The position numbers and the translations under genes are program-made. A stretch of DNA of 64,000 nucleotides, from the NCBI RefSeq assembly GCF_037042905.1, contig NC_087245.1, positions 13,890,001 to 13,954,000 of the forward strand, read 5' to 3'. The DNA comes from Lytechinus pictus (lineage: Eukaryota). Shown here piece after piece: positions 13,845 through 26,077 of the stretch (position 1 is its first letter; the number at the start of each line of letters is the position of its first letter). Below the pieces are notes generated by a model. The model was not told the DNA's origin, made no database searches, and was given only the letters and a program-made list of their open reading frames with translations.

Positions 13845-14230
13845 TGTGGTGGGTGTGAGGCATCTGTGACAGCTAGAGCAAAGTTTGGGTGAGTTAAGTT
13901 TAGGGAATGTGGAGAGCTGCTATGTGGGAAAAGAATTCCTTTGAAGATGAAAGGAATGGTGTATAAGAGTTGTGTAAGATCGGTGATGTTATATGGGAAT
14001 GAGACATGTGTTTGAACAAAAATAAGATGGGGATCTTAAGGAGGGCAAGGAGAGAGCAAAGGTGAGAGTGATGTGGGATGAAGTTGATGGACAGGAAGAA
14101 GACTGAGGACTTGATGAAGATGTTAGGGTTGGAAGAAGCGAAGGACCAGTTGGCAAAGGCGAACGTCGTACGTTGGTATGGGGACGTGCTGAGGAGGGAT
14201 GATGGGCATGTGTAGAGAAGGGCTCTTGAG
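13845..14230 (+). pseudogene. Degraded RTE-clade LINE fragment (post-RT C-terminal region)
   Basis: Manual translation: GCEASVTARAKFG*VKFRECGELLCGKRIPLKMKGMVYKSCVRSVMLYGNET...VRWYGDVLRR, resembling RTE ORF motifs MLYGSETW and RWYGHVLRR; frameshifted. Confidence 0.75.
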
Positions 14231-14231
14231 T

Positions 14232-15760
14232 CAGCGGCGTAGCAGGGGGGGGGGGGGGGCAAGAGCCAAAAATGTTGTGTAATGAGGCGACTATTTTGAA
14301 AAGGCCAGATATTGCGTATCGGGCATAATTTATCTTTAAAAAAAAGTGAGCGAAGCGAAGAGAATAATATTTTTCACTCTTCTCTCTTTAGATTCCTTTT
14401 TTTTTTGGTGGTCTTGTACGCCACTGTGAACAGGATTCTGCGGCAGTAGCGTGAAGTGTAAAAAAAAACGAGGGGCGCAGTATAGCACATGAGCTAAAAA
14501 GCTGCTTTATATAAGTCCCGAACGAAGCCAGCGAGAAAAAAATCACCTTTTCATGATAATACTACTAATAATACTTCCCTTATATAGCGCATAAAACTGA
14601 AAGTTTCTCTACGCGCTTTACAATAAATGAAACAAAATTCACATACTGCACACAAAGAAGAATCTAACTTTGAGCTATTTTTTGGCATTATATTCAGTAA
14701 ATAAAATCATATTCTACACTTTTCCTTTGCTTTTCTTTCCTCCTTTCTTTTTGTTCTTGTTTGTAGAACTTTTTGGGACCATAGCCCAACCCTTCCATAC
14801 GCAGTGCTGTGCGGTTGGGGTCCGGAATTTCTTGATATCAAAGCCATTTAAACCTCGCAGATTGCCGCTATTTTAATCAAATCGCGGGCATGTACAGGAT
14901 ATAGCTTTTACACAACACATTTATTCAACCCAGTTGCGTAATGAACCAAATATTTTGAGGGGCAAAACATAGTAATGTGGGAAAAATCTGTAAAAAGTCG
15001 CAAAGCGATCGAGCTGGAAAAAAATGCCTTTTGAAATTAAATTCTAATTATGTAATTGATTTTTCCATTAGATTCAGCAAATAACAAATTTCATTGTTTC
15101 CATTCATTTCATTATACCTCGTCTCCTTTAATTTATTTTATTTCTCTTGGGTGTGGAACCAAGACCCCCCCCCCCCCCGGCGCATGTGCAGTAATTGAAC
15201 GTGATTGTGAACGGGAAGCGTTATAGAGCAATTTGAGGTTCAGTATAAATGAAGAGCCCCTACTGTGTGGGGTCTGGGGCAAAGCCCCGGTAGCTTATTT
15301 ACATAAAATTTAGCTAGCTTATAGCACAATGTTGTATGCAGTCCATCTTTCTTCCCGCTCTTTAATTTCAATCATCGGAAGCCCGGTCGTGTTATTTTTT
15401 TTTTCTTGTCCCTTTTCCAAAAATTAGCTTTTGACTAATTGCATTTTACCTTCGTTTCGCGCTATTGTTTGCCATTTTGTCATCTTTTAATTTATTTCCC
15501 ACCGTGCTATTGCATTACATATGCCTGTTTTGGAATGATTTGTTCTTTCTCAAATGTTCTTCTTTCGTTAATTTTCCCGATTTCCTTCCTTTTCCATTAA
15601 AAAGTTTTTTTTTCTTCGTTTTCTTTTCACTTTTTCCTTTCCTTTTCCCCTCATTCCCCTTTCCCTTTCTTTCTCCCTCCTTTTTTTTCCTTTCCCGTTT
15701 TTCTTTTATTCCTGGTGAAATCCGCCAGGGGGCAACTTCCCCCCCCCGCCTGTTACGTCA
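14232..15760. mobile_element. hAT-like MITE family C, diverged copy
   Basis: Begins CAGCGGCGTAGCAGGG, ends CCTGTTACGTCA; reverse-complement homologue of 35734-37220. Confidence 0.8.
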
Positions 15761-16315
15761 TGAATATCCATTAGGTGGACTGATGATGTCACATCTCCAC
15801 TTGTTCTTTTGTAATTTATTATATGAAATTAGGTTTATTCAAATTTTTTCCTCCAAGAACTAGAAAATTTGGATTGACAACTGATTTAGTGCATTAGATA
15901 TTTATTGCTGCAACTTATTTCATTATAAGGGAGACATATAATTCACACAAGTATGAAATAAATGAAAAAAATATGGTTTTGTGTGATAACATAAGAAAAC
16001 GGAAAATGGGGATGTGACATCATCAAAATCTGATAATAATAAATAGCAAAGTTTTGGCGCATGTGCCAGGTCTATGTATACATGATATATCGAGTCATTG
16101 TTTCTCCTATTCCCTCATCCGCCCCTGAATAAAAATTCACTAAAAGTCTAAAGGCGGACGAAAATCCCCTCCCCCCATTGGTAACGACATTGCCAGAGCC
16201 GCGCATGCGCGCGCTGCCGAGGTTGGACGTCTGTCCAAATAAATATTACACGTATCGTCAATAGAACCAAATCCGCCGAGGAACCAAATCTGCAAACATC
16301 AAGCCGCGTCAAACC

Positions 16316-17251
16316 TAGCCTCTTGTCGAGGCCCTGGCGGCTGCTTCCCGAGCGAAGCGAGGGCTTTCCTAATTCGCGAAGCGAATTAGGCCTGGCGCGA
16401 GCCAGGGCCTCTTGACATCTGAACTGAATTATATATTCATGAGGAACGTCTTCCTAATGAATATACATGAGTCATGATATTACCGGTCACCGAGTAAACC
16501 AATGAAATGTCAGAGCTGTTTCGTCTTGGGTTCGGAATACTATATAGTAGTCCACTATTCTGCAGGGGATTCATTTAATTGCGGGACACTAAAGGGGATA
16601 TAACCAGCAAAATGCTACAAGTAGTGGTACTACTACTACTACTACTACTACTACTATTACTACTGGCCGTAACAGACCCATCACCGCCCCGAAACTTCCC
16701 GGAGATACTGCTCAGCCGCTGGTCAGACTCGAGTCAACTCCCAGCAATTCCACCCCAGCTTCCCTCACTGCACTGCACAGCGGAGATCGATAATCGACGC
16801 CCCGGATCGACCGGTGGAATCGCATGAAATATTACATTTTTTCCATATCCTGTGGGTAGATTTACAAAGACATCTCGTCCTTTCAGTGCAGAGTTAATTT
16901 CATCGACTTGCAAATCCTTAAATCGGTCAATATTCAGCGTTTTAGAGGCATATTCAGTGCTCTTTGATATTTCGTCGTCACTCTTCGCCAAGAATCCAAG
17001 GGTCGCCATTCAAGAGGAGCTCATGAATATTTAATATGACGTCATAGCAGCTCGCGCTAGCTCTCATTGGATGATTTTCACCGACCAGTTTTTGGTCGGT
17101 GAATTGGTAAAAACGATAAAAAACAAAAGAAAGTCGGTGAAATTCGGGTCAGATGTCCAGAGGCCCTGTCTCGCGGCGCTCTGCTTCGCTCTCTCCCGTG
17201 CTTTGCCATGTTCGCTCGGAAAGCAGCCGACAGGGCCTCGACAAGAGGCTA
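16316..17251 (-). mobile_element. Non-autonomous AcademH-like DNA transposon (936 bp)
   Basis: TIR TAGCCTCTTGTCGAGGCCCTG..GGCTGCTT.CCGAGCGAA at both ends; TAG...CTA termini; exact 9 bp TSD CGTCAAACC (16307-16315, 17252-17260); internal RecQ-like fragment. Confidence 0.85.
16815..17009 (-). pseudogene. Truncated RecQ-like SF2 helicase N-terminus (Q motif and Walker A)
   Basis: FKDLQVDEINSALKGRDVFVNLPTGYGKNVIFHAIP matches the RecQ motif 0/I pattern F+xxQxxxIxxxLxGRDxFVxxPTGxGKS; similarity stops abruptly. Confidence 0.8.
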
Positions 17252-17417
17252 CGTCAAACCCGGCGGATATGGTTCCGATTAAAAACGATATCGGCCATTA
17301 AGAACGATAGGGATTGTAAGATGTTCGTCAGAGAGTAACACGTGTCGCGGGTTCGCCTCCTCTCTCCCATTACGTAACGTGGATATTTGAAGTTGAAAAA
17401 AATCGGTAACTACGAAA

Positions 17418-18233
17418 ATGTCGAGCGGTCATCGAGGGAAACAAGGCGGGAAACGCCCTCGACCATCTACCGGCTCTAGTCCCGAAGGACCTGCTCTCTT
17501 GCCTGCCATTAAGAATCTGTTAGCAGAGGAGATAGGAAAGGTACTAGATAGAATTCAAGTTTTGGAACTTAACTTTGAAGCCAAAATAAAGAAATTTGAA
17601 GAAAAACTTAACGATGTTGTGAATTCGGTCACTTTTAATGGACAAAATATTTCAGAACTTCAGCAGAAAATAGAGGAGGATAAGGAAATAGTCAACCAGG
17701 AAATTGACAGCCTCAAGTCATACATTAATCGAGAAAATTTACTTTTTCACGGAATAGTAGAAGGTAATCAACAGGAAGATGTGGAGAACCTTTTACGCGA
17801 CTTTTTTGTGGAGCATCTTAGATTGGATAGAGCGATTGCAGATAGGATTGAATTTCAAAGAGCCCATCGGATCAACTCTGCCAGAAGACCGCGCCCCATC
17901 ATTGCAAGATTTTTAAGATATAAAGATCGCACTGCTGTGTTTCTAAGGGCGAAGAATTTGAAAGGTTCACGCATGTTTATTACAGAGGATCTCCCACTGC
18001 GAATAAGAGAACGTCAACGAGCTCAATTGCCAGCCTTAAAGGCAGCCCGGTCTTCAGGTAAGATGGCTTATTTCTCCCGAAGCGAACCTTGGAAATTGTA
18101 TATCGATCGAGTTTACGTGCCACGGGAGAGACAACAAGTGTTCATTCGGCAACTTCCTACAGAGACACATCCCGGTAACCCAGGAATACGTCTTCAGGGA
18201 GCTACTGGTGCAGAGCCCAATCTCCCTGAATAA
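17418..18233 (+). CDS. LINE ORF1 protein (coiled coil + RRM-like, L1 ORF1/Transposase_22-like)
   Basis: 271 aa; heptad-rich segment then RENLLFHGIVE, FQRAHRI, PRPIIARFLRYKDR, LKGSRMFITEDLP. Confidence 0.88.
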   Translation: MSSGHRGKQGGKRPRPSTGSSPEGPALLPAIKNLLAEEIGKVLDRIQVLELNFEAKIKKFEEKLNDVVNSVTFNGQNISELQQKIEEDKEIVNQEIDSLKSYINRENLLFHGIVEGNQQEDVENLLRDFFVEHLRLDRAIADRIEFQRAHRINSARRPRPIIARFLRYKDRTAVFLRAKNLKGSRMFITEDLPLRIRERQRAQLPALKAARSSGKMAYFSRSEPWKLYIDRVYVPRERQQVFIRQLPTETHPGNPGIRLQGATGAEPNLPE

Positions 18234-21200
18234 GCGCTATGAGAATACAAGGAGAAAAGCTTGGATAAGTATCATTTATGTTTACATTCGCTTTACACTA
18301 AGCATTTAATTTTCTAGACTACGGAGTTAAAGAGGTTTTCACAAAGTGAGACCCTTCTAAACACCATTTAAACTGTTTAACTGTGACAAGAATTTGGTTT
18401 GATGAAATAATTCATAACAAAATGCGAGTCAACTAACAGCAAAATTGTATATTATTTCTGAAAGATGCAATGAAGATGATTGAAGAATATTCCTATTCAA
18501 ACAAAAAAAGGAAGAGAAATGCAGGACAAAGAAGACAGGAAAATATAACAGCAATAACTAAAGCGTGGGGTGAGAAAAGATATGGCGTACTCTTATCAAC
18601 TGAGAACACTTGCGTGATGGAGAATGAATTACTAAAAACTATTTTTTTTTTTTGACGCAAGGAAGGAAAGGAGATGCAATGTTCAAAAGTGAAAAGCTAG
18701 AAAGTTGATATTATGATTATCAAAGATATTATGCAACGAGAAGAAACTAGAAGAAGTTCATGGAACAATCACCCTTTATTTTGTGTAAAAGTTACATAGA
18801 CCTGTATACATATATTTATTTTTCTTTAAATAAATATTAATCAGAGCCTAAAGTGGCTCTGATTGCTTGTGTAGGCTATTCTTAGGCCTTCTTATATGTA
18901 CCAAGTAAATATTAAAAAATATAGGCCTACTAAAGAAAGCCTCTTCTTTTGTTTTTTTTCACCATTTCTCTTTTATATTTGTGGGAATAAGTAATAACAA
19001 AACTTTAAGTTCAAACCAAGAGAAAAGGAGGAAAAAGGTAATGGCATTTCAAGTTGCGTCTTTTTAAAAAAAAACTGCAGTGAATTAAAGTGCTGTGGAG
19101 CTATACTTTGTAAAATAAGTATGGATTTCCTTTGCAAAATAACTATGGATTTGAAGAGATACTTTTTTTATCCAATATAAATAAATGGATATACGTATAC
19201 ATTGTATGTATTTACAATATGCATTTTTATTTTATGATCTCCTATCTCTCTCCCTCCCTCTCTATACGCTCTCGGGGACTGCCTCAAATAATGACAGGAA
19301 TGCTAGTTAATGTTGTAGGTCTGATGCCAATATCTATAGCTACGTGTATCTGGTTATGTCAATTTCTCCGCTTTGCATAGCAGATAGGAGTAACTGTCTG
19401 AAAAAAGGGAAGACAAAAAAGGTAAATCTTCCTTCAATAGTTATGATGTTAATTGGATAAAAAAATAGCGCATTCCGATAGTCCATTGGTATTGTCATTA
19501 TTGTAAGCGAGAGGCGGAGGGAGAGAGAGGGACTGGCAAAAAGATGTTAAATAACATTCTTTAATTTTTTTTTTTTTCTTCTTTTTTTTTTTTTTTTCTT
19601 TCTTTTTTTTTACTTTTTTTTTTTGAGAGAGTTAATGCATTAATCTTTGGTGTGTTGAAAAAAAATAAGGTACACAAATATTACCTAACTTGCAATTCAT
19701 TAATTTTTGAGCTTGAATTTGCAAGGTAGGAAGGGTTTTCTTGGCTGATTCACTATACCACTTTTAGCCAAAAAAAAAAGGTGAAGAAAGGAGAAAAAAG
19801 AATGGAATGCACAGTCTAATTTAAATGCATAACCTTAATCGGTTTTATAAAAGAATAAATATTGCTAATGAAGGTAGACAGGATGAATAGCTCTGTGTGC
19901 ATTTGCAATTTTGTTCGTCTGTATGACCCTGAGTTGAAAGCAATATCTTGTTGCTGGTGATTATGCATTAAGTCTTTTTTCTATCGCCCATCCCAGAAAT
20001 TTTTGAATGATAATAGTCGCATGGAATGACTCTTTCAACAATTAGAGTCTTTGAAATTTCTTAAGGGTTATTGATCTACATATTCAATGAAACAAAATAA
20101 TGAAGGAGTGGAAGGATTTTGCTTCATGCAGGTATAGCTTTAATTGGCAGAGTACATTATTTGGATATCTGTGTTACAATGGCTCTAAACAAATTATCAT
20201 AGGCAATTTGAATAGCTCCATTAATGTTATTGAAAATAACCAGCTATTCGAGTGGCAAGAAATTTGCTCTCATTTGTTTCTGATTGTTCTGATTAGAACT
20301 GCGCTATTTTATATGGGATCTCAAGTACTTTGAAGAGTTTTGTCATTTATTCTGATGAACTGGGGGACAGAGCGATTTTGAATGACGTTTATTGTGTTGG
20401 ACAAATGTTTGTTCCATGCATGCATGTATAGTGGGTCCAGTGGGTGGAACATGCATGACTACATCACAGAACGAGTCTGAAAGATTCCCATATACATTCT
20501 TAAGGATAATCATGACGTTGTTGTTGGTATTGTCATTTGATTTGAATTGATTGAAATGTGTTTTTTTTTTTCTTTCACTCATTGTATCACTTATCATGCT
20601 TATTATAAATAGAGGACACATGATAGTAGCTCTTCTCATACCAAATCTCATTCATATTGGTTTACAGAAGAATAACAAATATGCCAATGCAGGTATAAAA
20701 GTCCTGTTGTATATGTTTATTGGAACGGTGTTATTGTTATTTGGTATTTTTGCCTTTCTATTAGGATGTAGAAGAATATGAATAGTTTGGACAGGTTGGA
20801 ACATAATGGTCATTGAGCGGTTCACATGTGCGGTCATGTGTATTTTTTTTTTCATGCATGTATAATGAGTGTAGACTATTAAGTGTTCAGTCTAATGGAA
20901 GTACATCATGACATGTTTGAATTGTGTTCTTTTGTTCATACAGTGATACATGCAACACTGATCTTAATTGGATATTGACTGGAAGGGTATTTTACTTATT
21001 CATTGTATCACTTTAATTTTAATGGAAACAAAATAGGTCAGCACACATACCTGGTGATGTTTCCTCAATGAATATTCTTGACTGATAGTTTCGAATTTTT
21101 GTTTTGTTTTTATAAGCGTAGTTTGGGCATTTGACTAAAGCTAGATAGTACAATTGTAAATATGTAAATAGATAAACGAGAATAGGTACAAAAGATAGGC

Positions 21201-21501
21201 AAAAAATAACTTTTCTCCTTATTTAATGCTTTGTCAAATTCTACAAAGACAGACAGACAGGTGCCTTAGTTTCTGAGCTTTTTTTGGGGAGGAAGACTTT
21301 AAGAAATGAACGGGAAGGGAGGGGGGGGGGGGGGTGGAGCGCGTCACGCATCAGTCTCTACATCTGTGCATTTTTTGATCTCTCTTGTATACATAATCTT
21401 TCAAAACCCTACTCAAAGGGCTCTTTTAGAAACAAGCTTCGTCTCAGCATCTCTAGAATATTTTGAGGTATATAATATTTGTCATTCATTTTTTTTTCTT
21501 A

Positions 21502-24500
21502 ATGGATTTGGATCGTTTATCTGTTAATTGCAGTTTTCTCTCTTTGAATGTGAAAGGTTTAAGAGATAAGTTAAAAAGAGAAAGAATTTTTACTTGGTTG
21601 AAGGATAAGAAAGCAGATGTAGTTTTCTTGCAAGAAACTTTTAGTACAAGGGAAGTCGAAGAAGTATGGGGTTCTGGGTGGAATGGAAACATATACTATA
21701 GTCATGGTACATGTCATAGTCGGGGGGTCAGTGTACTAATCAACTCCAAATTAGGCATCCAGATTCTGGACACAAAGACTGACGAAAATGGAAGGTTTAT
21801 AATTATGGAATGCATTTTACAAGATATAAAGTTAGTTTTAGTTAATGTGTACTTCCCTGTTCAAGGTCATAACATGGAGCGAAACACAGTTTTACACAAT
21901 TTGAATATAGTTTTAAAAGAAAAACATGATCGAGGTGTTCCTCTTATTATAGGGGGAGATTTTAATTTAGTAAGGAATAATGACTTAGACTACATGGGAA
22001 ATAATACAAGACAGTTTCAGTCTTCTTTTCAGAAGAACTTTGATAATTTTGTATGTGATTTAAATTTAGTTGATATTTGGAGGGAAATTAATGGCGTTAA
22101 GAGACAGTATACTTTTAGACAAATTAACCCCTTTATGCAAAGCAGGTTAGATTATTGGTTTATTACAGAAAGTTTTAGAAAATATGTTTTAACATGTGAT
22201 ATAATACCGTCTATAGCGCCAGATCACTCGGCGGTTGTATTTCAACTCTTTAATAAACCCTCTCAGCCATTCCAAACATTTAAAGGCACTTATTGGAAAT
22301 TTAACAATAGTTTGTGTACAGACGGTGATTTTACTCGACAAATGAAAGACGAAATTATCAATTTGAAAGGAACTTTTAAAGAAGAAATCAAAGATAAGAG
22401 AATATTTTGGGATTTCTTGAAAATGAAAATCAGCAATTTTTCTCGGAAATATTCAAAGGAAAAGGCTAAAAAACGAAGAGAGAAAATCAAAGATTTAGAA
22501 AAAGAAATTGATGGTATTCAAACGAGATTAATTACAAATATGAATAAACAATCAATCGATTTATTAGAGAATAAAAAGACAGAATTAAAGGCATGTTATG
22601 ATTATGTGAGCGAAGGTCTTAAAATTAGATCGAGAGCTTCTTTTTATGAAAGTGGGGAAAGGGATACCAGGTACTTCACTCAGTTAATGGAATCCAACAA
22701 AAGGAAAACAAATATTCGTAAATTATCAATAAGAGATAGAATAACTTTTGATCAAAAGGAAATAAAAAATGAAATAAGGAATTTTTATAGCATGTTATAT
22801 GCAAAGAGAGATGATAAAATCCTTGATGATGATTTTTTCTCCGATGTAACAAAATTATCAGACGAATCGATGAAGTCATGTGAAGGGAAAATTACGGAAG
22901 GTGAATGTTTAGCTGCCTTAAAAGGGATGAAGTTAAATAAATCACCAGGTAATGACGGGCTTAGCGTAGAATTTTATTTAGTGTTCTGGCCACTGATTGG
23001 GGATGTTTTAGTTGATGCTTTAAATAATGCTTTTATAAGAGGAGAACTTTCGCCATCACAAAGACAAGCAACTATTACTTTAATTCATAAAGAAGGAAAG
23101 GATCCATTATATATTAAAAATTATCGGCCCATCTCACTGTTAAATGTAGACTACAAGATTTTGGCAAAGGTACTATCAACAAGAATAAAGGAGGTGTTGC
23201 ATGAAATAATCAATGTCGACCAAGTAGGATATTTAAAAGGAAGGAATATTGGGGAAGCTATTAGACTTATAGATGACATGATTTTTCATTCAGTAAATAA
23301 TGATATATCGGCATATTTATTGGCCATTGATTTTGAAAAGGCATTTGATTCGGTTTCACATTGTTTTTTATTTAAAGTATTGCAAACTTTTGGTTTTGGA
23401 CTATCGTTTTGTAAATGGATAAGTACTTTGTATAAAAAAGCTGAAAGTTGTGTTTTTAATGGCAGTATTTCAACAGGTTACTTTGATATAGGGAGAGGGG
23501 TAAGACAAGGAGATCCGTTATCCCCCTATCTCTTTATTTTATGTATTGAAATTTTGGCTAACAGAATAAGACTCGATCCAGAAATTCACGGAATTAAGTT
23601 TGGAAATACAGAAGTTAAGCAAATTCTATACGCAGATGATATGACAATTTTTGTAAAAGACACTCGGTCCATTGAAAAGTTAGATATGCTGTTCGAATGT
23701 TTTGCCGAAACGTCAGGATTGAGGATGAATAAAGATAAAACCTTTATTATGTTACTGGGACACCATGAACAAACAGATCAAATTTTACCTTTTGGTAAAG
23801 TGGAGCAGATGGTTAGGATCTTAGGTATATATTTTTCATTAGATAGAGAAAGTCAAATAAGAATAAATTACAAAGAAATACTTAGTAGAATAAAGAAAAT
23901 TTTGATGTGGTGGAAGCAAAGGGATTTGACATTAATGGGCAAAATTCAGTTAATTAAAACATTTGTACTATCTAAATTGATATACATTTCTTCTCTTACC
24001 ATTATCCCGACATGGGTAATAGAGGATCTTAATACATTGATCTTTGGATTTTTATGGGGTGGTAAAGATAACATTAAAAGAGACATTGTTTATTTAGATT
24101 ATGATCATGCTGGTCTAAAAATGACAGATTTTCAGTTATTCATTAAGACACAAAGAATTATGTGGATTAAAAGACTTATAATGGGAGAGCCAAAAATGAA
24201 ATGGAAACAATATTTCAGATACTTAGCACACGGTATGGGAGGATTGCTAATTTTTTTTAGTAACCTCACAATGGATTTGATAGGATTTGAACTGCCGGAA
24301 TTTTATACAGAAATGTTAGATGTATGGTTTAATAAGAAATTGTTTTTACTTAAAGAAGAGAAGAATAAAAGAAATGAGATCATTTTTAATAATAGGTGCA
24401 TCCGTTTGAAAGGACAAACATATTATAATGAAAAGCTGTTTTTGAAGAAAATTTATAAACTCCATCATATTGTAGATAAAGATGGGAAAATGAAGTCTAT

Positions 24501-25275
24501 TTCGACCTTTCAAAAAATGGGGTTGGATCGTTTTGAAATAGAAAAGATACTCGAAATTTTTAATAATATTCCATACTTTTGGAAGGACTCGCTGAAAAAA
24601 AATGGTCAAAGTTCCATAGATAGTGAGTTAGTTTTGGATTTTCAATTAAAGGGCAGGATTTTTGATTTGCATGACATCACATCAAAAAGAATATACGATA
24701 CTCTTATAAGTATGAAATCGGATATACCCCAAGCATTTAAAAAGCTTGAGGAAAAATATAATATAACAAAAAAAGATATTTCTGAGATTTTTCTAAGACC
24801 ACGAAAATCGACTCTGAATAGTAGACTCAGAGAATTTCAATATAAAATATTACACAATATACTATACACAAAAAAATATTTATATTTATTTAAAATGACA
24901 ACAGATGATTTATGTTCATTCTGTAGTAAAGAAGAAGAAACATATGATCATATATTCTTTTCATGTGATAAGATAAAAACTATATGGAAAGAATGTGGGA
25001 ACATGCTTCAACTCCCTATCATTACAAATATAGATAAAAAAGGTGTACACGTAGGCGTGGAATGTTCAACTAAAGGAGAGGCTCAATTATTAAATCACAT
25101 AATAATCCTGATAAAGTATATGATTTTAAAGAATAGTAGAAACACAAAAGATCCACCGACCCTTAACCATATTAAGGAAAAAATACAAGAAGATAGACTA
25201 GAAGAAAGAAAACTAGCTGAACAGAGAGGTCTATTAACAAACCATTTCAGAAAATGGGACAAGTTTATTTTCTAG
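21502..25275 (+). CDS. LINE ORF2: APE endonuclease + reverse transcriptase + C-terminal zinc knuckle
   Basis: 1257 aa from the first ATG; NVKGL, LQET, GGDFN, SRLDY, PDHSAV (APE); KSPGNDG, YRPISLLN, DFEKAFDS, GVRQGDPLSP, YADD (RT); CSFC..ETYDHIFFSC. No stops or frameshifts. Confidence 0.97.
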   Translation: MDLDRLSVNCSFLSLNVKGLRDKLKRERIFTWLKDKKADVVFLQETFSTREVEEVWGSGWNGNIYYSHGTCHSRGVSVLINSKLGIQILDTKTDENGRFIIMECILQDIKLVLVNVYFPVQGHNMERNTVLHNLNIVLKEKHDRGVPLIIGGDFNLVRNNDLDYMGNNTRQFQSSFQKNFDNFVCDLNLVDIWREINGVKRQYTFRQINPFMQSRLDYWFITESFRKYVLTCDIIPSIAPDHSAVVFQLFNKPSQPFQTFKGTYWKFNNSLCTDGDFTRQMKDEIINLKGTFKEEIKDKRIFWDFLKMKISNFSRKYSKEKAKKRREKIKDLEKEIDGIQTRLITNMNKQSIDLLENKKTELKACYDYVSEGLKIRSRASFYESGERDTRYFTQLMESNKRKTNIRKLSIRDRITFDQKEIKNEIRNFYSMLYAKRDDKILDDDFFSDVTKLSDESMKSCEGKITEGECLAALKGMKLNKSPGNDGLSVEFYLVFWPLIGDVLVDALNNAFIRGELSPSQRQATITLIHKEGKDPLYIKNYRPISLLNVDYKILAKVLSTRIKEVLHEIINVDQVGYLKGRNIGEAIRLIDDMIFHSVNNDISAYLLAIDFEKAFDSVSHCFLFKVLQTFGFGLSFCKWISTLYKKAESCVFNGSISTGYFDIGRGVRQGDPLSPYLFILCIEILANRIRLDPEIHGIKFGNTEVKQILYADDMTIFVKDTRSIEKLDMLFECFAETSGLRMNKDKTFIMLLGHHEQTDQILPFGKVEQMVRILGIYFSLDRESQIRINYKEILSRIKKILMWWKQRDLTLMGKIQLIKTFVLSKLIYISSLTIIPTWVIEDLNTLIFGFLWGGKDNIKRDIVYLDYDHAGLKMTDFQLFIKTQRIMWIKRLIMGEPKMKWKQYFRYLAHGMGGLLIFFSNLTMDLIGFELPEFYTEMLDVWFNKKLFLLKEEKNKRNEIIFNNRCIRLKGQTYYNEKLFLKKIYKLHHIVDKDGKMKSISTFQKMGLDRFEIEKILEIFNNIPYFWKDSLKKNGQSSIDSELVLDFQLKGRIFDLHDITSKRIYDTLISMKSDIPQAFKKLEEKYNITKKDISEIFLRPRKSTLNSRLREFQYKILHNILYTKKYLYLFKMTTDDLCSFCSKEEETYDHIFFSCDKIKTIWKECGNMLQLPIITNIDKKGVHVGVECSTKGEAQLLNHIIILIKYMILKNSRNTKDPPTLNHIKEKIQEDRLEERKLAEQRGLLTNHFRKWDKFIF

Positions 25276-26077
25276 AGATGCTGGGGCTAAGAAAATTCAA
25301 GCATACATTTAGGTGCACAAGTTAGATCATGATTGCGGCACAGAATGCAGATTGAAATGGAGGGTAGCTAGGTTGAGGGGAGGGAAGCAGGCCGCGCTTC
25401 CTGGGCTGGGCTTAGATGGGATATGGAGGGGGGGGGGGTTACTCATTCAATTTACTCATTCAATTTAATTGCGTTGCTATACATTTTTGTTGTTGTTGTC
25501 TGTATTTTTTTTTTTCTACAGACTAAGTATTAACTTTGTTGTAGATGACTCGAATGTTATATTCTGTATTTTTTGTATGTATAATTTTTTGTATTATGAA
25601 CAATTATTTATTTGACTTTGTGAACAGTGTTTTGTTGATATTATATTACTTGTATGAATTTGAATTGAATGATTTTAATAAATACTATTACAAAACAAAA
25701 AAAAATATCTGCCGGCGGATACGGTATCCGCCGGTGGAACCGAATCCGCCGCTACACCGGCGGCATGGTCGAGTGATTTTTGTAGCCTGTTATTAGTCGT
25801 TTCGCGTGTATTTGACACAGAAGCTGCTTGCACCGTAAGATGATGCACACAACACCCCATGGCCCTGGGAAGGGGGGGGGGGGTGCTGCGTGTATTATTT
25901 TTCATCGGCAGCATCCCCTGGATTTCTGGTAGGTATGTCACATGGGAGAAATGTATGGAAAATGATCAACATCTTGTGTTGAAAACCCTTTTTTTTTTCT
26001 TGTAAATTTTTTGGTGCCAAAACGACCTTTATTTTGCAGGGAAACCTTTCTTTTTTGTTTTGCTTGTCAAATTTACA

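Larger units (their letters stand above)
17278..25705 (+). mobile_element. Full-length L1/Tx1-type non-LTR retrotransposon (~8.4 kb)
   Basis: CpG-rich 5' UTR, ORF1, 3.3 kb spacer, intact ORF2, 3' UTR, AATAAA and A-rich tail. Flanks are two halves of a GAACCRAATCCGCC-repeat MITE end. 5' boundary approximate; no clear TSD. Confidence 0.8.

Noticed and set aside
16734..17009. Host RecQ gene exon
   Set aside because: Enclosed by TIRs and a 9 bp TSD, similarity ends without a splice donor, and the Walker A Ser is replaced by Asn.
20551..20781. Small two-TM ORF in the LINE spacer as a third ORF
   Set aside because: TTG start, 76 aa; T-rich DNA yields hydrophobic ORFs by chance; no motif. Would need conservation across copies.
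13584..25760. One giant element bounded by CCGGTGTA...TACACCGG
   Set aside because: Ends diverge after ~17 bp and no convincing TSD; more likely separate related MITE ends.
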